Assembly (NCBI GenBank): GCA_965204965.1
Contig: OZ242026.1
Coordinates: forward strand, 1,738,458 to 1,802,457
DNA length: 64,000 nt
Source of the DNA: Nitrospirales bacterium
GTDB taxonomy: Bacteria; Nitrospirota; Nitrospiria; Nitrospirales; UBA8639
Direction of reading: 5' to 3'
Made by a program: the position numbers and the translations under genes. Positions 8,425 through 17,897 of this stretch are shown one piece after another. Numbering within the stretch: the first letter of the stretch is position 1; every line of letters begins with the position of its first letter. Under the pieces are notes generated by a model, which was not told where the DNA came from, did not search any database, and was given only the letters and a program-made list of their open reading frames with translations.

Positions 8425-8566
8425 GGAACCTCTGATTTCTTGTGATAGCGGGATGGAGGGCAAGGCGTCCCGGAGCGAAACCCGAGGCTTATCAGAGAGA
8501 TAGGTGAGGGGTGAGCGAGGACACAACGCAGCCATGCGCCCGATAGTGCACTAAATCAGAGGTTCC
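8425..8566 (-). mobile_element. 142-bp MITE-like element, copy 1 (inverted relative to copies 2 and 3)
   Basis: 14-bp terminal inverted repeats GGAACCTCTGATTT...AAATCAGAGGTTCC. Flanked by direct ATAA/ATAA. Near-identical to 50622..50763 and 51388..51529 when reverse-complemented. Confidence 0.75.
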
Positions 8567-8600
8567 ATAACGTGTTCACGAACGTCTCCAGGAGTCACCC

Positions 8601-9275
8601 ATGACGTCTTCCATTATCGAAATTCAAAAGGTGTCCCATTCGTACTTCCGGGACGACATCGAAATCCCCGTCCTGAGGGAACTGACGCTCACTATCGCCT
8701 CCGGGAGTTTTGTCGCCTTACTGGGTCCGTCCGGGTCCGGGAAAACCACTGTCCTGAATCTCATGGCGGGCTTCGACCGCCCCTTGCACGGACACGTGTC
8801 CATCAATGAGACCAACGTCAGCCGGCTCTCCGAGCGCCAACTGGCACGATGGCGAGCAAAGACGCTCGGTTTCATCTTTCAGTTTTACAACCTGATTCCG
8901 GTCCTGACGGCGGCCGAAAACGTGGAGTTGCCGTTGCTGCTGACCTCCTTGTCCCGCACACAGCGTGCGAAACACGTGGCGACAGCGCTACGTCTCGTCG
9001 GACTGGGAAACCGGATGACGCACTATCCCCGTCAACTCTCCGGAGGGCAGGAACAGCGCGTGGCCATTGCACGAGCAATCGTGATGGACCCGGCGATTCT
9101 CCTTGCCGATGAGCCGACGGGCAACCTGGATAGTGAGGCCGCGGAAGACATCATGACTCTTCTCCAACGCCTGAACGAGGAACAAGGTAAAACCATCGTG
9201 CTGGTCACCCACGATCTCGAGGCCGCCCAGCGCGCCACAACCATCTGTAAACTGCACAAGGGAAAAATGGAGTAG
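8601..9275 (+). CDS. ABC transporter ATP-binding protein (MacB/LolD-like)
   Basis: Walker A GPSGSGKTT, signature LSGGQEQRVAIARA, Walker B ILLADEPTGNLD. Confidence 0.9.
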   Translation: MTSSIIEIQKVSHSYFRDDIEIPVLRELTLTIASGSFVALLGPSGSGKTTVLNLMAGFDRPLHGHVSINETNVSRLSERQLARWRAKTLGFIFQFYNLIPVLTAAENVELPLLLTSLSRTQRAKHVATALRLVGLGNRMTHYPRQLSGGQEQRVAIARAIVMDPAILLADEPTGNLDSEAAEDIMTLLQRLNEEQGKTIVLVTHDLEAAQRATTICKLHKGKME

Positions 9276-10442
9276 ATGCTGCTTCGCTACGTCACTCGCA
9301 ACCTGACCCGTCATCCGCTCCGGGCGGCCTTAACCATTCTGACCGTGAGCCTTATCATTCTGGCCTTTGGTCTCCTTCGCACAATGATCACGGCCTGGTA
9401 CGGAGATTCCATCGGCACACCACCCGATCGTCTGCGAACCCGGCATGCCGTTTCTCTTACCTTTCAACTACCGGTGACGTATCAGGAACGCATCGCCGCT
9501 ATTCCCGGCGTGAGCGGGGTCTCCTACGGCAACTGGTTCGGCGGACGATGGAAGGACGGCAAAGCGTTTTTCCCACGCTTTGCCGTGGACCCGGTCTCGT
9601 ATTTGGCCGTCCATCCCGAGATTCAATTGCCTGCCTCCCAACGGGAGGCCTTCCTCCGCGATCGTCGTGCCTGCATCGTCGGGCAAGAGCTGGCTGCCAA
9701 ACGCAATTGGCAGGTTGGCGACATCGTCCGTATTCAAGGCAGTCTCTACCCGGGTGATTGGGAATTCACAATAAAGGGCATCTATACGGGAACGACGCCT
9801 ACCGCCGATGAAGGAAACATGTATCTTCACTGGGTCGCGGTCGACGAGCGACGACGCATCGAAGACCCGGATCGTGCCGGGACCGTCGGCTGGTTTGTCG
9901 TCCGCATGGCCAACCCCGAGAAAGCCGCCCAAGTCTCCGCGGCCATCGACCGGACCTTTACCAATTCCATGGCGGAAACGCGAACGGAGACGGAGCAGGC
10001 GTTTCGTGCAAATATGATCGCCATGTCCGGCGCCGTGATTCGCGTGGTTGAAATCATGTCATTTCTTATCCTGGGAATCAGCCTCCTGGTTGTCGCCAAT
10101 GCCATGGCCATGACCGTCCGGGAACGGCATCATGAATACGGCATCTTGAAGACGATGGGGTTTCGGGCGCCTCATCTCGGTTTCCTGATTTTTGGCGAAT
10201 CCGTGTGTCTGGCTCTCTTCGGCGGAATTCTGGGGGTGGCGCTGTTGTATCCCGCAAGCAAGGGGTTCGGCATGTTCCTCGCCGGCACTGTTGGTGGATT
10301 GTTCGGGACTCTTGAGTTACCTGTCCACTTGCCGGTGCTGGCAGTGTCACTCAGCGTGGGAATCGGTCTTCTGGGAGCGGTCATCCCGTTCTTCCTGTGC
10401 CTGCGCAGCCCGATTCGGGAGGAACTCCGTCACGTAGGATGA
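9276..10442 (+). CDS. ABC transporter permease, FtsX/MacB family
   Basis: N-terminal LRYVTRNLTRHPLRAALTILTV, a large periplasmic loop, and a C-terminal 3-TM FtsX block (RERHHEYGILKTMGF). Confidence 0.85.
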   Translation: MLLRYVTRNLTRHPLRAALTILTVSLIILAFGLLRTMITAWYGDSIGTPPDRLRTRHAVSLTFQLPVTYQERIAAIPGVSGVSYGNWFGGRWKDGKAFFPRFAVDPVSYLAVHPEIQLPASQREAFLRDRRACIVGQELAAKRNWQVGDIVRIQGSLYPGDWEFTIKGIYTGTTPTADEGNMYLHWVAVDERRRIEDPDRAGTVGWFVVRMANPEKAAQVSAAIDRTFTNSMAETRTETEQAFRANMIAMSGAVIRVVEIMSFLILGISLLVVANAMAMTVRERHHEYGILKTMGFRAPHLGFLIFGESVCLALFGGILGVALLYPASKGFGMFLAGTVGGLFGTLELPVHLPVLAVSLSVGIGLLGAVIPFFLCLRSPIREELRHVG

Positions 10443-10470
10443 CGACCGAACCAAGCTGTATGCAGATGTT

Positions 10471-10506
10471 CCCCTCCTTTGTAAGGAGGGGCGAGGGGAG
10501 GTAGAG
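10471..10506. repeat. REP-like palindrome type II
   Basis: CCCCTCCTT-TGT-AAGGAGGGG followed by CGAGGGGAGGTAGAG. Confidence 0.7.
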
Positions 10507-10512
10507 AGCGTC

Positions 10513-11681
10513 ATGCGCATTTTTTCTCATACAATCTCCGTCACCTGTTCGCTCGGCGGATCACCAACCTGTCGACGATCCTGGGAATCAGCCTGGTCGT
10601 GTTCATCTTTGTGGGCGTCCTGATGTTAGCCCACGGCGTCAAACACACCTTGGTCAATACCGGATCCAAGGGAAACGTACTGGTCCTCCGGAAAGGAGCC
10701 ATCAGCGAGATCGGCAGCGGTCTCTATCGGGATCAGACGGCCATCTTGCAAACGTTGCCGGACATCAGCCAACGGGGTGAGAACCCGCTGTTCTCACCTG
10801 AAGTCGTGGTGCTCATTAACCTGGAGAAGAAGGGAACGGGCACCGCTGCCAACGTGACCCTCCGTGGAGGATCAGCGGAATCGTTTCGCGTACGGCCCCA
10901 CGTGAAAATTGTGAGGGGTCGTATGTGGCGCCCCGGATCGAATGAAGTGGTGACGGGCAAACAAGTCGCGAAACGCTTCCAAAACGCAGGCTTGGGCCAA
11001 ACGCTTCGGTTCGGCAGACAGACCTGGACCGTGGTAGGAATTTTTGAAGCAGGCGGTACCGGGTTTGAATCCGAAACATGGGGGGATGCCGATCGATTCA
11101 TGGATGCGTTCGGGCGCACGTATTATTCGTCTGCCATCTTTCGACTCCGCGATCCCTCGCTGCTTCCCACGCTCCAATCCCGCATCGAGCAGGATACTCG
11201 CCTGCAGGTCCGGGTCACCCCGGAAATCGCCTATTATGAATCACGCTCCGGCGGTCTCGTGAATTTTATTAGAAGACTCGGGCTCATCCTGACGGGGCTT
11301 TTCAGCGCGGGGGCGAGCCTCGGCGCCATGATCACGATGTACGGCGCCGTCGCGAATCGCTCCACCGAGATCGGGACGCTACGTGCGATGGGATTCACGC
11401 GAAGCAGGATTTTCAGCCTTTTCGTCATCGAATCCGCCTTGATCGGGCTGATCGGATCCGCTCTCGGCATCGCGCTGGCTTCATTGCTCCAATTCACGTC
11501 CCTGTCAACGATCAACTTCGCCACCATGTCAGAGTTGGCCTACGGTTTTGTCCTGACTCACTCGATCGTATTGTGGGGCGTCGTCTTTGGCGTTGTCATG
11601 GCCACCTTGGGCGGATTGCTCCCTGCTATTCGGGCCATGCGAACCAATATTCCCAACGCCCTGAAATTCAGAGGCGCATAA
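10513..11681 (+). CDS. second FtsX-family ABC permease; its 5' end needs a frame change in a T6 run
   Basis: ORF 10599..11681 carries the FtsX C-terminal block (NRSTEIGTLRAMGF). The conserved N-terminus ...SYNLRHLFARRITNLSTILGISLVVFIF is open in the same frame upstream of 10599 but has no start codon there. The only ATG with context (10513) is in another frame, and the two are joined by the T-run 10520-10525. Confidence 0.7.
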
Positions 11682-11716
11682 CCCTGCCGCTCGGTCCGAG
11701 GGCATGCCACCCCCAC

Positions 11717-11819
11717 ATTTCCGGCAATCGGACATGTTAATCCGGCGATTGGACATGTTCGAGGGAGTTCCACCTGTTATATACTTGCTTGATTTTGAAA
11801 ATTGGTTTCATGATTAAAC
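11717..11819 (+). promoter_or_regulatory. composite regulatory module F (two 21-bp-phased direct repeats plus a Fur-box-like AT block) upstream of tonB
   Basis: ATTTCCGGCAATCGGACATG | TTAATCCGGCGATTGGACATG at 11717-11757, then TTGATTTTGAAAATTGGTTTCATGATTAAAC at 11789-11819. Confidence 0.55.
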
Positions 11820-11850
11820 ATATAGACATCTGAACCGGCAACGATCGGAA

Positions 11851-13146
11851 ATGCAAACTTCTGCCTTCGGCGCAATACAGGCTCCGCCCTATTGGAACGG
11901 CTGGGCATTATCCGGCTGCTTGCATGCTGTGATGGTCGGGGTCGCCCTGTTCCTTTCACACCAACTGCCTACACCCCAAAAAGCCGCGCGCAACCCCATC
12001 GCCGTTGCCTTCGTCACTCCCGAGCCCACCCGCACGTCCCCTACCCACCGACAGACCATGAAGAAGGCGCCTCCCACACCGACGATCAAACCGAAACAGG
12101 TGCAACCCGAAGTCATCCCCAGGGAACCGGCCCAATCGAAGCCGCATACGCAGACTCAGCCCAGACAAACAGTCTCTCCGCAAACGGTTGTCCACGCTTC
12201 ACCGAAGCCTGCTCCCCTAGCAAAACTTCAAGTTACGAACGCTACGCCAATATCCGTGGCCCAACCCAGGACGGTCAAGCACGCCCAAACGACGCATCAA
12301 CCTGCAGTCAGGAACGGTGTGATCTCGTCTCAACCAAAGACGGTCACCCAAAGAGCTTCTCAGCCTACGGTCAGCAGCGGCGTGATCGCGGCTCAACCGA
12401 TGCCACGGCACACGGGAGACACGCGACACCATCAGGCTCCCAAGGTTCATGCCTCACCTTCTCGTAAGAAACCGGTTCACGTTGAGGCGACAATTGACAA
12501 GCTGGATCCCATCGTGCCACGAGACCCGGTCATCCACCACCATGTCACAAACGTCACCCAACCCATAGCCACCACGGTCAGGGCAGCAGCAGTTCGGCAA
12601 TCCGTGAAGGCCCTACCGTCCCATGTGGAAAAGAGAGTCCACGCTCCGGCGACGGCAGTCAAGAAACAACACATCCCAAACGAAAACGCTCATACGGCAG
12701 TGAGGCATGTTTTCTCGAAACCCGCGCCGCAACAGGCATCACTCTCCTCGGGCACGCCCGTCGTGCAGACACGCACCACGGTCAATTACACCCGCCAATT
12801 GAGAAAAGCCCGTCCGACCACCACTTCACGGTCCGTTTCGGGAGACGGCCTTTCTCCTGAACTCCTGGCCTTCAGCAAACTCCTTCGCGAGAAAGTCGCG
12901 CGAACACTTGTATTCCCGCGTCTGGCCAAACGCCTCGGATATTCCGGAACGACCCACATTGCAATCGCCTTATCGAAAACCGGCATTGTGCGAGAGTTAA
13001 AAGTCTCGCAGCCCTCGGGTTACGAAATTCTGGACAAGGCGGCCATCGTCACGCTGGAAAAAGTGCTTCAAACGACAAAACCACCTGAATCCATCGAGAT
13101 TGAACAGCTTGTTATTCCCATTGCCTTCAATTTGAGGCGAAATTAA
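11851..13146 (+). CDS. tonB: TonB family energy transducer
   Basis: N-terminal TM segment (WALSGCLHAVMVGVALFL), a long Pro/Thr/Gln-rich spacer, and a C-terminal TonB_C-like domain (FPRLAKRLGYSGTTHIAIALSKTGIVRELKVSQPSGYEILDKAAI). Confidence 0.8.
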   Translation: MQTSAFGAIQAPPYWNGWALSGCLHAVMVGVALFLSHQLPTPQKAARNPIAVAFVTPEPTRTSPTHRQTMKKAPPTPTIKPKQVQPEVIPREPAQSKPHTQTQPRQTVSPQTVVHASPKPAPLAKLQVTNATPISVAQPRTVKHAQTTHQPAVRNGVISSQPKTVTQRASQPTVSSGVIAAQPMPRHTGDTRHHQAPKVHASPSRKKPVHVEATIDKLDPIVPRDPVIHHHVTNVTQPIATTVRAAAVRQSVKALPSHVEKRVHAPATAVKKQHIPNENAHTAVRHVFSKPAPQQASLSSGTPVVQTRTTVNYTRQLRKARPTTTSRSVSGDGLSPELLAFSKLLREKVARTLVFPRLAKRLGYSGTTHIAIALSKTGIVRELKVSQPSGYEILDKAAIVTLEKVLQTTKPPESIEIEQLVIPIAFNLRRN

Positions 13147-13184
13147 GTACTCGGAAACCATCTCATCACAAAGGAGAATGCATT

Positions 13185-13625
13185 ATGACTCGCGCTCATT
13201 TCCTTGCGCTACTTCTGGCTCTCACGATCACGCTCCCCATTTCCGTGCTCGCCCAAAACCGCACGTTTACGGCTGAGACCACCGATGCAGACGGCATCCA
13301 AATGTCGGTCTCCAATGCCCGGTTGTACTGGGAAGAGAAAATCGACGAGACGACCTTCGTCCCACATGAAATCACGCATGTTCCGGTCAAACACGGCGCG
13401 GCGACGATCAACGTCAAATTTCAAAAGATCGCGAAAATTCAGGTCAAACCCGATCACCCGGCAAAGGGTCGCCAGGCCCTGACCATCAAACTGTTAAACG
13501 GCAAATCCGGTGAATTCCCCTTGGCGAAGGAAGTCACGCTGATCGGACAATCCGATTTCGGTGAAATCCGTATTCCCATGCAGAACCTGCGGTCCCTGAC
13601 CTTCTCCAAGAAACCCGGTTCTTAA
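13185..13625 (+). CDS. secreted hypothetical protein
   Basis: Signal peptide MTRAHFLALLLALTITLPISVLA, an AGGAGA SD upstream, and a position between tonB and exbB. Confidence 0.55.
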   Translation: MTRAHFLALLLALTITLPISVLAQNRTFTAETTDADGIQMSVSNARLYWEEKIDETTFVPHEITHVPVKHGAATINVKFQKIAKIQVKPDHPAKGRQALTIKLLNGKSGEFPLAKEVTLIGQSDFGEIRIPMQNLRSLTFSKKPGS

Positions 13626-13678
13626 CAATAGGCAACGACCTTGGACCATAAGGGTCAACCCAAGGAGAACGTGAGCGC

Positions 13679-14104
13679 ATGACCGCCTTACACACCATCA
13701 TCGATTTTGGCATTATCGGACTTCTCGTACTGCTGAGCTTGTGGGCCGTTGCCGTTGCCCTGGAACGCTGGCTTTTTTATCGACGCGCGTCCCTGGCTCA
13801 GTTCCCCGACGTGCAGCAATTGGAAATATCACTGACCAAACGATTGGTCGTCATCGGCACCGTAGCCGCGAACGCACCCTACATCGGGCTCTTGGGCACC
13901 GTCCTCGGGATCATGGTCACCTTTCATACCATGGGCACGACCAAGACAATCGAGGTGAGCGCGATCATGGTCGGATTGAGCCTGGCCCTGAAAGCCACGG
14001 CGGTCGGGTTGCTGGTGGCCATTCCCTGTGTCGTCATGAATAACGCGTTGCGCCGCCGCGTGGCGGAGTTGGTGACGCAATACAAGGCCCTCAATGGATC
14101 ATGA
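13679..14104 (+). CDS. exbB: MotA/TolQ/ExbB proton-channel protein
   Basis: NAPYIGLLGTVLGIMVTF motif, 3 TM segments, overlaps exbD. Confidence 0.85.
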   Translation: MTALHTIIDFGIIGLLVLLSLWAVAVALERWLFYRRASLAQFPDVQQLEISLTKRLVVIGTVAANAPYIGLLGTVLGIMVTFHTMGTTKTIEVSAIMVGLSLALKATAVGLLVAIPCVVMNNALRRRVAELVTQYKALNGS

Positions 14105-14468
14105 ACTGAACCAAATCAACGTCATCCCCTTGGTCGACGTGATGTTGGTCCTGCTGGTTATCGTCCTGACGACGGCCACCTTCATTTCGACCGGACAAAT
14201 TCCCGTGGATCTCGCGCAAGCCGACGCCACAAGCGCCACGCCGAGCGAACCGATTACGATTACGATTACGTCGTCAGGAGAACTCTTTCTGGATGGCGCT
14301 CAACTGACACAGGAAGCGATGCTCAACGAATTGCAGCGGTTTCCGCCCGAAACGCTGGTGCTCGTTCGTGCCGATCGCGTGATTCAACTCGAGCAATTCG
14401 TCGACGTCGTGGACGACGTCCGAGGGGCGGGATTAACAAAGATCAGTCTTGCCGTGGCGCAAGAGTGA
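14094..14468 (+). CDS. exbD: ExbD/TolR biopolymer transport protein
   Basis: INVIPLVDVMLVLLVIVLTTATF N-terminal anchor and an ExbD-like periplasmic domain. Confidence 0.85.
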   Translation: MDHELNQINVIPLVDVMLVLLVIVLTTATFISTGQIPVDLAQADATSATPSEPITITITSSGELFLDGAQLTQEAMLNELQRFPPETLVLVRADRVIQLEQFVDVVDDVRGAGLTKISLAVAQE

Positions 14469-14511
14469 CGGCCGGAAGAAGGAAGCGCCGGTTCATACCA
14501 ATTCGTACCGC

Positions 14512-14943
14512 ATGAGCAAATGGCTGTGGATCATGTGTTGGAGCCTTGGGATCGGCACGTCGGCCTTCGCGTCCGTCCAAGCAGCCACACTTCACGTCAC
14601 GGTAGAGGGAGTCCGTAACGACGCGCGGCCCGTCCGCATTCTTCTCTTCACGTCGCCGGACTCGTTTCCCGATGAAGAACTGTCCTTCAAATCTCATGTG
14701 ACGAGGGCCGTGAAAGGGACGGCCATCGTTGAGTTTACGGACCTCGACCCTGGCCCTTATGCAATCATGGCCTACCATGATGAAAACGAAGACAACAGGC
14801 TCAATCGGGTCCTGGGCATGTGGCCGGCGGAAGGGTACGGTCTGAGTCTGAATCCGCTTATGATGGGCCCTCCTACCTTTCAAGAAACCTCCTTCGAACT
14901 GCCGGCTCGCGGATTATCCGTGACCATTTTTCTCCAATATTAG
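14512..14943 (+). CDS. DUF2141-like secreted protein
   Basis: Signal peptide MSKWLWIMCWSLGIGTSAFASVQA. The blocks GPYAIMAYHDENEDNRLNRVLGMWPAEGYGLS...GPPTFQETSF match my recollection of the DUF2141 family. Confidence 0.7.
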   Translation: MSKWLWIMCWSLGIGTSAFASVQAATLHVTVEGVRNDARPVRILLFTSPDSFPDEELSFKSHVTRAVKGTAIVEFTDLDPGPYAIMAYHDENEDNRLNRVLGMWPAEGYGLSLNPLMMGPPTFQETSFELPARGLSVTIFLQY

Positions 14944-14969
14944 GAGGCCAAGGAGCATTTAAGAAGCCA

Positions 14970-15075
14970 CTTTCCGGCAGATGGACATGGATTTCCGGTT
15001 AATGAACATGTCCAAGGATTCTGTTTGTGATAGGGTCTTATGCTGAAATTGATTATGCGTGTCATAATTGTATAT
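14970..15075 (+). promoter_or_regulatory. composite regulatory module U1 upstream of TBDR-1
   Basis: CTTTCCGGCAGATGGACATG | GATTTCCGGTTAATGAACATG at 14970-15010. TGAACA lies 17 nt upstream of TGTGAT. AT block TGCTGAAATTGATTATGCGTGTCATAATTGTATAT at 15041-15075. Confidence 0.55.
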
Positions 15076-15162
15076 GAGTTTGATTTCTGCCATCGTCTCA
15101 AGAGAGATTCAAAATCACATCATATGCCCTGATGCTCATGATAGGGGGGGGGGAAATTCATA

Positions 15163-17499
15163 ATGAAGAGATTCTGGCTTATGGCCGTCCTTGTGTTTCT
15201 TGTATTTTCAACAACCCCAGCTCTCGCGCAAGATGCTGAAGACTCACAAACACAGAAAGTCAAGTTGAGGCTGGAACAGGTCACGATCAGCGCGACCAAG
15301 ACCAAACGGGACACGTTGACCACCCCGGGCGAAGTCAGCGTCCTGAACCAGGAGTATTTTCAACAACGCCAGGCGCAAAGCCTCGACGACGTGTTGCGCT
15401 ACGAACCGGGCGTAACGTCGGGCGGGGGTCCACGGACCATGGCGGAGGGCCCGAACATTCGAGGACTGTCCGGAGATCGCGTCCTTACGCTGCTGGACGG
15501 CATGCGGCTCACCTTCCAATCCGGGCACAAGGGCCGCCTCTTCATAGACATGGACCAACTCAAACAAGTCGAGGTGATTCGCGGACCGGGCTCGGCCCTG
15601 TACGGCAGCCAGGCCGTGGGCGGGGTCGTGGCCATGGAGACCAAGGATCCTTCCGATTATCTGGCCCCGGACATGACGTACGGCATACGGCAAAAGTTCG
15701 GCTACCAATACGCCAATGAAGAGTTGCTCTCCACCACGACCTTATCGGCCCGCCTCACCGATCAGGTCGCGGTCATGACCAGCGGCACTTTCAGGGCCGG
15801 GGAGAACGTTCGCCTCGGCGGTGACTTGGACCGTTTATCCAATTCCGCCCAAGACACCGCGGCCAATCTGAGCAAAATCGTCTGGACACCGACTCCGTAC
15901 GACGAGGCCGAGTTCTCCGTTCAAGCTACTCGACAAGCCGCACAGATCCCCTTCCAGGCTAATTCCATGCCCACCCAGCAAAGTTCCATTGCGGACCGGG
16001 TGAATCGTCAAATCACCTATCGTCTGGGATACACGCATAATGATCCGGCGAACCCCTACCTGGACCTCCGGGGGTTCGTCTATCTGACGACGCTGGACGT
16101 CACGGAAAGCCGGATTACCGATGCATCTCAACGAGACGATTTCGGTTTTGATACCTTTGGATATGATCTCAGGAATTCCATGAACTTCGGCGATCCCTCG
16201 ACGCACCACCACATCGTGACCTTCGGATCGGAATATTTCCGGAACACGCAAGAGAGCACGGGAAGTCGGTATACCAATGAATTCTTTGTTTACACCCCGG
16301 GCCAACGCTGTAATCCACGGGCAGGATTGCTTCCTCCTCGCTGCGGCTTCGTGCCCCCGTATTTCACTACCCCTATTCCTGCCGGCCTGACTGCCGCAAC
16401 CACTCCCCTGGGAGCCGAAACATTTTTCCCTGCTGCAAAAGCCGATACCTTTGCCCTGTACGTTCAGGACGAGATGACGATTGTCGACCGCGTCACCCTC
16501 ATTCCCGCGCTACGCTGGGATAATTGGGAGAATAGAGCGTCCGGCCGGGAAACCAGATCCGCCAGTGTCCTCAACCCGAAAATCGGAACGGTCATCCAGG
16601 TCACGGACTTCCTGTTTCTCACGGCAAACTACGCCCATGGATTCCGTCAACCCACGTTCGGGGAACTCTTTATCTCCGGCACGCATTTGCCCGGCAGCGT
16701 ATTTCGGGCGAATCCCGACTTGAAACCGGAACGCAGCCGGAATATCGACGCCGGATTCCGCCTGAATGTGCCCAAGGTGCTTTCCAACAACGATCAGTTC
16801 ATTTTCAAGGGGACTTACTTCAGAAACACGTTCAAGGATTTTATTGACTTTGTCTCCGGAGGATCGGGCACACCGCACGTGTGCAATACTGAAATGCCGA
16901 ATTTCAGACAAGGACAGAGGCCTTGTCCCTGGATCAGTTTTGGCACTTCCGCACGGCCGGGATTCCACCTGGGCACACTCCTTCAGCAGGGACAGCCAAA
17001 TATCCAAACGTTCAGGAACGTGCCTGATGCTCTGATCCACGGAGTGGAAGCCGAGTTTGAATGGCGCGCGATTGAGAACGTCGTCCTGTCCGGGAACTAC
17101 ACCTTCACGCACGGTACGGATCAAACCAATGGACGGCCAATAAACAACATTCCCCCGAATCGCGGCGTGCTGGGGATCGACTATTTCTACGATGCTTGGG
17201 GATTAAACCTGGGGGCCCGATCGCAAATGGTAGCCGATCAGGATCGCGTGCCGGTCTCCGATGATCCCTTCGTGGCCGGGACCCCAACCCCCGGCTACGT
17301 GCTGTTCGACATCTGGGCCAATGTGCAACCGGCCAAGGCATTGCTCCCCGAGCTTCCGAAGTCGTGGCTTCAAGGGTTTCGCCTCAACCTGGGGGTGGAT
17401 AACCTGACGGACCGTAACTACCGGCGGCATTTGTCATCCCTTCCCGAGGCGGGAGTCAATCCCAAGATATCGTTTTGGTACTCCTTGAATCTGCCCTGA
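15163..17499 (+). CDS. TonB-dependent outer-membrane receptor, paralog 1 (heme-receptor-like motifs)
   Basis: Signal peptide, plug domain (TLTTPGEVSVLNQEYFQQRQAQSLDDVLRYEPGV), GFRQPTFGELFISGTHLPGSVFRANPDLKPE (FRAP-like, His, NPNL-like), and a C-terminal ...FWYSLNLP. Confidence 0.9.
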   Translation: MKRFWLMAVLVFLVFSTTPALAQDAEDSQTQKVKLRLEQVTISATKTKRDTLTTPGEVSVLNQEYFQQRQAQSLDDVLRYEPGVTSGGGPRTMAEGPNIRGLSGDRVLTLLDGMRLTFQSGHKGRLFIDMDQLKQVEVIRGPGSALYGSQAVGGVVAMETKDPSDYLAPDMTYGIRQKFGYQYANEELLSTTTLSARLTDQVAVMTSGTFRAGENVRLGGDLDRLSNSAQDTAANLSKIVWTPTPYDEAEFSVQATRQAAQIPFQANSMPTQQSSIADRVNRQITYRLGYTHNDPANPYLDLRGFVYLTTLDVTESRITDASQRDDFGFDTFGYDLRNSMNFGDPSTHHHIVTFGSEYFRNTQESTGSRYTNEFFVYTPGQRCNPRAGLLPPRCGFVPPYFTTPIPAGLTAATTPLGAETFFPAAKADTFALYVQDEMTIVDRVTLIPALRWDNWENRASGRETRSASVLNPKIGTVIQVTDFLFLTANYAHGFRQPTFGELFISGTHLPGSVFRANPDLKPERSRNIDAGFRLNVPKVLSNNDQFIFKGTYFRNTFKDFIDFVSGGSGTPHVCNTEMPNFRQGQRPCPWISFGTSARPGFHLGTLLQQGQPNIQTFRNVPDALIHGVEAEFEWRAIENVVLSGNYTFTHGTDQTNGRPINNIPPNRGVLGIDYFYDAWGLNLGARSQMVADQDRVPVSDDPFVAGTPTPGYVLFDIWANVQPAKALLPELPKSWLQGFRLNLGVDNLTDRNYRRHLSSLPEAGVNPKISFWYSLNLP

Positions 17500-17564
17500 T
17501 GTCCACGTCATCAGACCCGTGACTTTCTGCGGCTCCTCCTTTTCCCCCTGCGGAAGTCACGTCC

Positions 17565-17597
17565 GAGAGGCCGGCAAATGTCGGCCTCTCTTTTTTT
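17565..17597 (+). terminator. rho-independent terminator after TBDR-1
   Basis: GAGAGGCCG-GCAAATGT-CGGCCTCTC followed by T7. Confidence 0.8.
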
Positions 17598-17726
17598 CCG
17601 GGACCACGATTCCTACCGTCAGACGCCTATCGTAGCGCCAAACCGAGTGGCGCTCAGCGCGTCCCGTTGAATACGACCTACAGCTTTCTGGGGCGAAAAA
17701 TTACCCCGGAAGACACTGAAGCGCTA

Positions 17727-17826
17727 TTTTTCCGGTAGATCAACATGCTTTTCCGGTCTCTGAACATTTTCAAAGGGTGGAATTTATGATTATTATTTGA
17801 AATTAGTTATGCGTATCAAGATCATA
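17727..17826 (+). promoter_or_regulatory. composite regulatory module U2 upstream of TBDR-2
   Basis: TTTTTCCGGTAGATCAACATG | CTTTTCCGGTCTCTGAACATT at 17727-17768. TGAACA (17761-17766), an 18-nt spacer, then TATGAT (17785-17790). Fur-box-like TGATTATTATTTGAAATTAGTTATGC follows. Confidence 0.6.
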
Positions 17827-17897
17827 TCCGCAAAGCCCTCTTGCATGCATTTCAAGATCCACCCCGTCACTCATCATCGCTAATCAAGGAGGGCTGT

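Noticed and set aside
17598-17897. Possible cobalamin riboswitch in the receptor leaders
   Set aside because: I could not find a B12-box-like core or the expected multi-stem architecture. The leader downstream of the putative -10 is only about 100 nt and AT-rich.
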